Notes under the pieces: model-generated | Databases searched by the model: none | What the model was told of the DNA's origin: nothing | Seen by the model: only the letters and a program-made list of their open reading frames with translations | Source of the DNA: Paraphysomonas bandaiensis | Lineage: Eukaryota; Protista; Chrysophyceae | Assembly (NCBI GenBank): GCA_965644295.1 | Contig: CBFFRP010000666.1 | Coordinates: 1-8,079 of the forward strand | Direction: 5' to 3' | Length of the DNA: 8,079 nt | Program-made: the position numbers and the translations under genes | Shown here: positions 1 through 8,078 of the stretch, piece after piece | Layout: each line of letters opens with the position of its first letter | Numbering within the stretch: position 1 is the stretch's first letter

Positions 1-307
1 TAAGTCGACCTGGGCATGAAACCTGGGAAGTGAATTTGACCAGGTTTGCATATGAAAAATGCATATCGTTCAGATGTCATATGAATTCTTCTGGACCCAT
101 ATGCATAAATTGCAGTGTTTATAGTAACTACTTTGACATGTTGTTCAAAGTTTTGCTTGTCAGTAACATGCTCTGAGAAAAGAAAAAACATTTCGAGAGT
201 ACTACTGACTGATACTCATGTTGTACACAATTATTGGTTATTATAATATTATAATCATCATCACGAACAAATATTATTTACCTAGTACATATTATAATAG
301 TGTAATA

Positions 308-1947
308 CTACTTCATAAAAAAGTTTTGAAGTAATTGTAGTTTCAAGGTATCTTGATGCGCACGTTCAAGTCGAGTTGCCTGGTCTTGGGCCACTTGCAT
401 ACGGAAATATTCCTTATAACTGCTATCATCATGCCTGCTGTTGTTTAACTGTGACGCAGTAGCAGACGACGTATATGCATTGCTTTCAGAGGACGACGTT
501 GTTCCGTGAGATACAGGCATCATGCCAATATGAGGTGCATTAGACATTGCAGGCATGCTACGAGGTATGGTGGGTTCTACATGGGACATAGTAGAGACAT
601 TTTGAGGTGCAGGTGATATATGAGGCATATCAGTAGATATTTTCCTATCAACAACGTCCTTTGCAGCAACATCACGACTAGCACAGGCCACAGCAAGCTG
701 CTGTTGCATGGCAGCCATCTCCTCTCTGTGGTCTTGCTCCTGCTTTCGCAGCCGCAACTCCAATGCCTCCAACGTAGAATTTGCCTTATCGGCTGTGAGG
801 TCAATGGCATGATTCTGATATGACAAAAGTGATTAGTATTTCCAAGCTATATCAAGCGTATTCATACCGCTGTGTTCTTGGACTTTCCAGCTGCTCCTTT
901 TGTTTTGTTGATTCCCTTAACTCCCCCGTTTTTTCCCTTGGCATTCCCATTAGTGGTACCTCGTTTCCCTCTAGGGTTTATGCGTTTCTTTGGTGGGGGA
1001 GAGACATCACCGTCGCCATAGCATACAGGCTTCACAGACTTGCGTTTACTCCTCTGGGGGTATTCGATGTTATCCATACCTTCTGTGGAGGGCCTCCCCA
1101 TCTCGTCTTTCAGGGGTGATATCCCATCCCAGACGTAGCCCTGGTCGTGGAGGAAGCGCACCATATCATCGACCACTGCATCGTGGTTTTCAAAGGGCTC
1201 GTCCAGATAGGTATAGCTTTGACGAAACTTCGTCAAACCTTGAACCCTGAACCACACACCAGGTGAAGTCACCTTTTGTAAGAGAACATCGTATCGGGGA
1301 TCCGGACACTTAGTCCTCAGAACTGCTCCTACCACATACTTGGCACCAATTTTGTCTTCCACAATAGCGCGGGAATACACAACGAGTCTGTCCCTGGAGT
1401 TGAAATGAGCAGAGAGTAAATAATACTCAGACAGTTTTTTTCCAACTTTGTCGATGACCTCGAGGTCAGAGTACATGACCAAGGGGGAAGACTTGCCCAT
1501 ATCCATTGTGAACTTACGCTTGACAAAGGTCTGGGAACATCCTGCCAAGACCACAGTAAGGGAGGCGTCTTTTAGCATCATAAGTCGAACTAGCTTCTCT
1601 GAGGAGGTCTCATTCTTCTCCTCAGATACCTCCGCTATCCCATCAGCACCCTCACTGCCCCCTTGATGCTCAGTGGTAGTTGTAGTGCTACCAATTGAGC
1701 AGTGGTCCACCTCATTGGTGAGAGGGGGATCGCTTCTATTCGGGGGCACATCATCAGTGAGAAGGGTCATTGCTTTTGCCTTGTGGCTTCGGAAGCACTT
1801 CTGGCAGAGCTTCATCCTCACGGAGGCGCCTTTCTGCACAGAGGAGAATGTGACTTTGCAATCACAGCATTCAATAAAAGTGGCGTCATCTCCCTCATCC
1901 TCTGATGCACTGGAAAAATCGGAAACGGAGTCGTCTCGCATGATCAT
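308..1947 (-). CDS. Two-exon gene (exon 1 1947-868, exon 2 814-308) encoding an uncharacterised ~528-aa protein: N-terminal CxxC-x17-CxxC zinc finger, central globular region, basic NLS-like patch, coiled coil, low-complexity C-terminus
   Basis: ORFs 862..1947 and 308..826 join in phase 0 (...KNTA|NHAIDL...) if a 53-bp GT..AG intron at 815-867 is removed. ATG at 1945-1947, TAG at 308-310. Motifs: CCDC-x17-CQKC, PPPKKRINPRGKR, coiled-coil-like LEALELRLRKQEQDHREEMAAMQQQL. AT-rich sequence follows the stop. Confidence 0.75.
815..867 (-). other. Spliceosomal intron (53 bp)
   Basis: Minus strand reads GCG|GTATGA...AATACTAATC...TTTTGTCATATCAG|AAT: canonical donor, TACTAAT branch-point-like motif (832-838), CAG acceptor; removal restores the frame between two adjacent ORFs. 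Confidence 0.85.
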
Positions 1948-1959
1948 AATGTAGCACTC

Positions 1960-1985
1960 ATATATATATATATATATGTGTGTGT
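1960..1985. repeat. (AT)9 microsatellite followed by a short (GT)n run
   Basis: atatatatatatatatat then gtgtgtgt, about 12 bp upstream of the ATG at 1947. Confidence 0.9.
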
Positions 1986-2430
1986 ATCACATTCAGATTT
2001 GGACACTTTCATCTTGATGTTGTTTGTGTGTGTATACACGTATACGTATACCGCTATATGGTATATTACCTGCATAAATTCAAAAATCCCCCCACACCTC
2101 ACCCCCCCTACAGACAACATGCGGGGAAACACATACATTACCATCATTTGAATATCACGCAGCGATAGTCTGCACATCACACACATCACTATCTCGTTGA
2201 AGGCATATTGTGTGCTTGTGCTGGCTGGTTGTTGAGTTGGTGTCAGCGTTGTTCCATTTGGTATGAGTGTGATTGATGCGGAACCATACCAACTGATCAC
2301 ATTTTATCATGGCAGGTATTGGATAAGAGGGTTCCTTGTAACGCTCCTTGCTGAATAGGTGCACTATACATTAATTATTATGAATACTTGTGTTGACATA
2401 CTATCATATACGTACTTTACTATCTACATG

Positions 2431-2594
2431 CCCATGTAACTCTCCAGCTCGGCATCTGTCCTTGTTCTATCAGTGCGAGGGGCCACTCCACTGTTAGTTC
2501 ATAGATATGTTTGCCTTGAGCGGGTGTACATGGTACACGGTGCACACCCAGCTCGGTTCTATTTCTTTGTTGCAGTACAGTAAGGGCCCACTTG
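2431..2594. repeat. 164-bp direct repeat, copy 1
   Basis: cccatgtaactctcc...taagggcccacttg is identical to 2691-2854 (offset 260 bp, 96-bp spacer). Confidence 0.97.
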
Positions 2595-2854
2595 CTGTCT
2601 GCATCAGTGAATATAGTGACCTACGGAGCGGGTGCACCGTGGTATTTATATGTATGAATGATATATGCATGCTGTCTTTTCAATACGTACCCCATGTAAC
2701 TCTCCAGCTCGGCATCTGTCCTTGTTCTATCAGTGCGAGGGGCCACTCCACTGTTAGTTCATAGATATGTTTGCCTTGAGCGGGTGTACATGGTACACGG
2801 TGCACACCCAGCTCGGTTCTATTTCTTTGTTGCAGTACAGTAAGGGCCCACTTG
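2432..2854 (+). ncRNA. Candidate structured RNA/ssDNA array: long hairpins A (2432-2533), B (~2536-2641), A' (2692-2793) and partial B' (~2796-2854)
   Basis: A: ccatgta/tacatgg, gctc/gagc, ggca/tgcc, tctat/ataga, cagtg-gag/ctc-cactg, loop gggcca. B: cacggtgca/tgcaccgtg, gctc/gagc, ggt/acc, tgcag/ctgca, cagtaag/cttgctg, loop ggccca. The pairing is clear, but family and transcription are unknown. Confidence 0.35.
2691..2854. repeat. 164-bp direct repeat, copy 2; abuts the truncated RT
   Basis: Identical to 2431-2594; its right end coincides with the loss of RT similarity after ...CTFWDF. Confidence 0.97.
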
Positions 2855-5130
2855 GAAGTCCCAAAAGGTGCATATTTTCGCGTGTCCAGTGAGTTTGGCC
2901 AGTTCGGTGGCCGCTAGGACTCGGAGGATTGCAGTGTCTGTGCCATGTCTCCACCTGTAGCCATGTTGCGCCGGGTGTAGAACATCGTCGTCTTCCCAGA
3001 TTTGGAGGAGTCGGTGTGTGATGATGCGTGTCATCAATTTGCGGAGAACCTCTAGCAAACCGATCGGTCTCAGGTTTTTGAGGGACGTGTTTCCCGGTTT
3101 TTTGAGTAGAGGGGTCATGACTCTATCTCTCCACCAGTGTGGGATATGGCGGTGAGTCCAGAGCGTTTGTAGGAGGCCGAGTACTTCTATTTTTACCTGT
3201 GGTGTCCAGCTTTTAATCATGTTCGTGGTGACCATGGATGGTCCGGGTGCTTTGTCTTTGGCCATATTATCGAGGGTGGAGTGGAATTCGTTTATCGAGA
3301 TCTGTTGCCGGAGGGCTTCCCTTATTTTGACTGAGGTGGATGGGCCGACCTTCGTTTTGCATAGTTTTCGTAGCCCAAGGTGATGTTGGATCGGGATAGC
3401 GGAATTCGGGTGGAGAGGGTTGTTTAGGTTATCGCCGGCGGTTAGCTCTCGCCACCAGTTGTCGTCATGGTGTAATCTTTGGGCGGTGGAATCCATGCCT
3501 TTAGGGAAGGCGTGGTGTGCCGCGAAGTGCTTGTTCAAGGCTTCCTGTATCTCCGATGGAATGGTGATCGTGGCCCCGTCCTCCAGGGTGAGACGGGTGA
3601 GTGCTGGTGTCTGCTTCCGCTTTAGTCCGATGGATTGGAGGACCTGGCGTAGTTGTTGTGTTTCGAGTTGGGCTTGGAGGGCGTGTGTTCTGGTGGTCAT
3701 CCGTTTCCTCATTTCAGCGCGGGCTCTCCCTTGGAGCATTCGCATGAGGCTGTCGCGGAGGTTGTCGAAGGCATTGCCCGTGACATTCGTTGTGGTCCAT
3801 GTCAGCATTTGCCGTGGATATATCGCGGCTCGGATGATGGCAGTGGGTGGTCGGTCGTGGTCCTCTGGTGAGAGGTCGAGAGCAGCAGTGGTGCGCTCCC
3901 ATCTGCAGATTCCTCTCCGGATGATGCTGTAAAAGTATGAGTCGGTGACACGGGGGTGTAGGTGCCCGGATCTGGTAAAGAGTTTTCGTTTGAGGTATAT
4001 GGTCAGATGGAGTGTTGTTTGTAGGACTCTCATCTCGGCAGAGAAGCCATCCTTGAACCGGGAGCGTTTGCGTTGGCATTTCGCATGGATTCTGTTTTTC
4101 TTGGTTCTGTTCGCGTGACGGGTATCATGGGCCGCGTCTAATGTGATACGATGAAGGAGCGCCAGTTTTATGGCTGCATCTTCGGCGGGGTGAGGGTGTG
4201 TGGGGAGCGTGGACAGGGTGTCGTGGTGTTTGTGTAGGTGGGTCTGAAATTCTTCCACCATGTCGTGGTCAGCCGGGTTGATGTTGAGCCGTGGAGGAAT
4301 CTGACGGTGTCGTTCCTTGGGGAGGGTGGGACCTGTCCCGCTAATGTCGATCTGGAGCCATACCGGTCTGTGATCAAATGGCGCTGCAGTGATGGCGTCA
4401 GATGTGTGGCATCCGTTGCGTGTGTTATGAAAGTGTGTAGGAAGAGGTCTATGTAGGATGTGGTCTATTCTGGATACGCCACGGTCTTTCCAGTAAAAGG
4501 TGTGGTATGGTGCCTCCGGGTCAAGGGTTTGTATGAGTGGGGCTGTTAGCTGCAGGGATCTTGCGAATCCTCGGAGGTCCCGTTTTCCTGTTTGTCCCTC
4601 TAGAGTGGCATTGAAATCTCCTCCGACGAGTACGGTGTGATTGTTTGCTCTGGCTTTGGCGATCCATTTGGATATGATGTTTGTGAGGATGTCGTATGGT
4701 CCAGTGGCGCCGTTCCTGTGAGCGTTCTTGCCGAAGGCTTTTAGTGATGCCCATAGTGTGCAGGGTCCATCGGTCGCGGGCTTGGGGGGGAGGTACGCGC
4801 CTATGGTGGTGAATCTTTCTTCTCGGTAAGGTCGTCCGGTGTGAAATTCGATTCGGGAGATGAGCCCTAGTCCTGTGCAGTCGGTGCCTGTGCGGCGGAC
4901 TCTGCCTTTCCACGTTTCGCTGATCACTGCGATAGTTCCTCCCATGTGCGGATCGTTGGGGCCCTGTTTCCGCTTCGTGTTGAGGAATTTACAGACAAGA
5001 ACCCCTGGAAGCTGGTCCTGGATGTAGTCGGCGAGATACGTTGCCTGGTGTTGTGACAAGCGGACGTCGAGCAGGTATAAGCAGTCTATGTGGTGGGTGC
5101 GTATGTAGTGTAGGATAGCTTCGATTTTTT
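2819..5130 (-). pseudogene. APE endonuclease + linker + truncated RT segment of the retrotransposon polyprotein (the part of ORF 2819..5533 that is in the correct frame)
   Basis: From KIEAILHYIRTHHIDCLYLLDVRL onward the ORF carries EEP/APE and RT motifs. The last ~11 codons (QVGPYCTATKK) are read from the 164-bp repeat. Confidence 0.85.
2855..3310 (-). other. Non-LTR reverse transcriptase, N-terminal part only (motifs 0, 1, 2, 2a and start of 3)
   Basis: KDKAPGPS, IPHWWRDRVMTPLLKK, LRPIGLLEVLRKLMTRII, LHPAQHGYR, GTDTAI, CTFWDF. The expected following xAFD, the QG motif and the YxDD motif are absent. Confidence 0.95.
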
Positions 5131-5180
5131 CCAGGGTTGTTGGAGGGGTTACCGTTGACGTTCCATGTGGAGAATGTGAA
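4345..5180 (-). other. Apurinic-like endonuclease (APE/EEP) domain
   Basis: FTFSTWNVNG (5151-5180, alternative frame), IDCLYLLDVR, GGTIAVI, IGAYLPP, VLVGGDFNA, HTFYW...SRIDHIL, FDHRPV, all in canonical order. Confidence 0.92.
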
Positions 5181-5540
5181 GGTCGTGGTAGATGACAGGG
5201 GGCTGGAGTCCGGCTCTGGGGATTCGGGTGACGCATGTGCGTGTGGTTGCTTGGTGGCAATGAGATCGCGCCACTCTTGCGTGCAAAATTCAACGTCGTC
5301 AGCATATGCCTCTCTTGCTTGTAATAGGATCTCAAGCGGCCACTTGGGGTCTTGCCAATATCTGTACCCATAGTGTACAAGTAGTTCTTCGTGAGTTGCA
5401 ATGTTCCGTGTGGTTCTGATGTAGATTCTATCGTTTTTCGTGTGAAATTCGACATTAGCAGCCCTGGCCTGTAGTGGATCGTTGATGTAGCCCGCTGCGC
5501 ATAGTATGCGTTTGTTTCGTTTGTCCCTTGCATCTATCGC
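5131..5540 (-). pseudogene. Frameshifted coding segment not shown in the ORF track: SET C-terminal half + linker + APE motif I
   Basis: Stop-free manual translation from GCG at 5540: AIDARDKRNKRILCAAGYINDPLQARAANVEFHTKNDRIYIRTTRNIATHEELLVHYGYRYWQDPKWPLEILLQAREAYADDVEFCTQEWRDLIATKQPHAHASPESPEPDSSPLSSTTTFTFSTWNVNGNPSNNPG. Confidence 0.9.
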
Positions 5541-5720
5541 AAAAATGTACCTTTCGCGTCTTGAACAACGTAGTCGGAAATGTAATCAGCGGACCTGGCT
5601 TCTGCGATGGGTATTCGGTGTCCGGTGCACTCGGAAATAATGGCATGGGCAGGAATCGGCTCTCCAGCGTACAGGGCGTTCCCCTTGATATCGGTGTCCG
5701 CCCTGCCCATTAGGACCTTG
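5355..5720 (-). other. SET domain (protein-lysine methyltransferase fold), split by a frameshift at 5541-5545
   Basis: KGNALYAGEPIPAHAIISECTG (cf. GxGLFAxxxIxxGxxIxEYxG), SDYVV, AIDAR, AAGYINDP..ANVEF (cf. ARFINHSCxPN), IYIRTTRNIATHEELLVHYGYRYW (cf. xxxAxRDIxxGEELxxDYG..YW). Confidence 0.88.
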
Positions 5721-6286
5721 TGTCGAAGCGTTGGGTCCCAAGTGAGCGGGAGGGGTGGGTGAGCTGTTTGAAGTAATGTGTCGAAAGTAGCCTGTGGGCA
5801 GTATATGGCGTGGGTTTGGACTTCGTCGGAGATTTCTGCGTAGGAGTGCGTGGAACGGGCCGTTCGGGCAGGCTGCTTTCGCTTAGTGACGGGCATTAGG
5901 TTCCGTGCTTCCTGTCCTTTGGTTCGCTTTGCTCCAGGGGCGTTTCGGGATTGATGAATGTGTGGTGGCGTATCAGGTGAGGGGGTGCCCGCTGTCGCGC
6001 GCGTGCGGTGTTGAGAGTGGTTGGCGGGTGGCGTCGGTGGTGTGGAGACGTGGGAGCTCCTCCGGGGGGGAGTGGTCGTCTTGCATTTTGTTGGTGTCGA
6101 GGGCCAGGGTGTGGTGCTGTGGGTGGTGCTTTGCTGGGGTTGGATGGGAGGCAGGGGCGCCGGGGGGACAGTGTCCCTAATGCTGAGTTCTGTTGGTCGG
6201 GTGGGTCTGTGGAGTGGTGATTTTGGAAGTGCTGCTTCGAGGTCGAGGAGTGCATTGTCTAGCTCGGCTGCTAGCCCTCTAGGGTT

Positions 6287-6769
6287 AAGGTGATAGTAGT
6301 GGGCATCGTGTAGCACAATATGTGGTCGATCGTCGGTGATGGCATCTCTCAGTTCGTCAGATGTCCAGGCGGGGCTGTGGTGGCTGGGTGCGTTGGGGAT
6401 TCCGACGATTGTGATATTGTCACCGTCCGCAGTCCATGTGGTGACTGGGCCAATGTAGGAGGCTAGAATGTGTAGCTCGCGGACTGAGAGCCATTGTTGG
6501 ATGTCTTGTGGAGTGGTGTATGTGGGGGAATGTTTGACTGTTAGGGAGTGGATAGCATGCTCTGTTTTATTAAGTATGGTTGGAGTGCAGTGTGGGCTGT
6601 CTAGTGCTATGGTCCTAAGGTTGCCAAGCCAGTGGCCTAGATGTATTCGATGCTCTGGTTTCCGGAGGTCGAGGTTCCAGAGGTTAGCCGTGTGACGCAT
6701 TCCCATACAAAGCGTGTGCAGTCGGTATAGGGTTCCGTATGCACAGTACCCATTTGCGGGTATGTGGTA
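6287..6769 (-). other. OTU-like cysteine protease domain
   Basis: YHIPANGYCAYGTL (cf. xPxDGxCxY/F; Cys codon 6743-6745), WLSVRELHILA (cf. WGxxxELxxLA), HIVLHDAHYYHL (cf. HYxxL; His codon 6299-6301). Confidence 0.7.
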
Positions 6770-8078
6770 AGCTGCTTGAACGGACGCGGTAGTTACGTGT
6801 ACACGTAACACGCGCCCAGCTGTCTGTATAGCTGTACGTGAAGAGTTCTGGCTGCCCGGGTCGGCTAGGCGTGCAGTAATGGCTCGGGCACCGCGCTGTG
6901 TGGTGCTGAGGGTGAGGTGGCTTGCGGGTATCGTGATTGGGCGTTGGTGGGACTGATGGGGAGTGGTACTTCTCCCAAGGGTGTGGCTGGGGGGTCTTCT
7001 TCGCGTGGTGGAGAAAGTGAGAGAGGGCCGATTTGGCACTATGACGCGCAGCTACGAGTTTGGATCCGATGTCCGGTATTCGGAGAAGAAAGTAATGTTT
7101 GTTGATTGTAGCAACGTTGTGTGTGGTCTCAGTCATGGGATCGTGGGTTTGACGGCTGTGTAACATTACCCAGCCACTAGATAGGGAGCCTGGGGTTCCG
7201 TTCCATAGTCGGTAGTTGATACGAAGGAGCTGGAGCAATGTCTGGAAGTCGGTGATCTCCATGTGATGATCTGCAGAAAGTGCGCATCGCTTCGGCGGCA
7301 TGGTGGTTAGAACCTTGTGCGCGCCTTGGAGGATACTGAGCAGTCGGCTTGTGTGTGCCTGTCCGGATGCGAGGCAAAGTCGTTGTAAGTGGGTAATGAA
7401 TTTATGCAGTTCTTTTGCATCATTAGCATTTTGTAGGGGGGCTGTGGAGTAGTGCCCAGGCGAAGGAGCGGTATGGATTTGGTATGTGGTTGCAAGGGGG
7501 GCTAGGCCGCGTTCTATTGTGGCTCTGAAGTCAGCCTCCCAGTCGAAGTTGGCGACTTGAATGTAGTTTGCATCTTCATTTATGATTTGAAAAAGCTGTC
7601 TCCAGTCTGTTGTGCCTGCCATGACGGTGTTGTGTATGTATCGTAGCAGGTCTTCGCGTAGGGAGACTGCAACTCGATGTGTGTTGTCGTATGCGGTCCA
7701 GGCGTTAGTAAGGGGACTGGTGAACGGTAGGGCTCCCCGCCGGGCGGGCGGGGGTTGCGGTGTCGAGGGGGATGTTGACACACATGAGGTAGGCTGGTGT
7801 TGTGAAAGGGGAATGTCGGGCGTGTATTCGATCAGGGATTGAGCTGTAGACGGGAGAGTTGGTTGGTCCGTGGACGCGTCCCGAGCGGCATGCTTAGGTT
7901 GCGGGATGGGCGGAAAGTAGTCAGCAAGTGTCAGGCTGTGCCGGTGCCGCCTGGGGGGTTGCCTCGTGGTGCTTGGAGCGGGTGTAGCGGTGAGGGCATC
8001 GGGTTTGTGAGTGTGTCCTGGGATTGTGGGGGGTTTGCGTGGTCGGCGCTTGGGCGGGCCATCGCCGCTGTCGTCGCT
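6684..8078 (-). pseudogene. Upstream polyprotein segment, open at the window edge: Pro/basic disordered region, helical region, possible degenerate OTU-like domain
   Basis: The frame of ORF 6684..7781 (listed start is GTG) continues without a stop to 8078 (SDDSGDGPPKRRPRKPPTIPG...), so the true start is probably outside the window. Confidence 0.7.
6792..6809. repeat. Perfect 18-bp palindrome
   Basis: gttacgtgtacacgtaac equals its own reverse complement. Confidence 0.95.

Larger units (their letters stand above)
5534..7039 (-). pseudogene. Polyprotein segment: OTU-like protease, Pro/Thr-rich linker, N-terminal half of SET
   Basis: 501-codon ORF overlapping the upstream ORF by ~350 nt; its TAG (5534-5536) interrupts a SET domain that continues in another frame. 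Confidence 0.8.

Noticed and set aside
228-306. AT-rich tract as the LINE tail or a terminator
   Set aside because: It directly follows the stop codon of the spliced gene and is most simply its 3' UTR; there is no poly(A) run.
1944-2364. ORFs 1944..2300, 1980..2168 and 2155..2364
   Set aside because: They run through AT/GT microsatellite-like sequence, give low-complexity peptides, and look like intergenic or promoter DNA.
2431-2690. Hammerhead ribozyme, H/ACA snoRNA or SECIS
   Set aside because: No CUGANGA/GAAA core (only CTGATAG and CTGATGC on the minus strand), no ANANNA hinge between the hairpins, and no SECIS quartet recognised.
2431-2854. 164-bp repeats as LTRs, a target-site duplication or a CRISPR array
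   Set aside because: No TG...CA ends or recognisable PBS/PPT, both copies lie on one side of the element, and unit size and number do not fit CRISPR.
2855-3310. Bacterial RT system (retron, DGR, group II intron) with an adjacent ncRNA
   Set aside because: The upstream APE domain, KAPGP motif 0 and neighbouring spliceosomal intron indicate a eukaryotic non-LTR element.
5531-5536. TAG-ATG junction as ORF1/ORF2 translational coupling or stop readthrough
   Set aside because: It falls inside a SET domain that continues in another frame, so it is better explained by an indel at 5541-5545.
3420-7842. Numerous short plus-strand and alternative-frame ORFs over the element
   Set aside because: Shadow ORFs of a GC-rich, strand-skewed coding region with no recognisable motifs.
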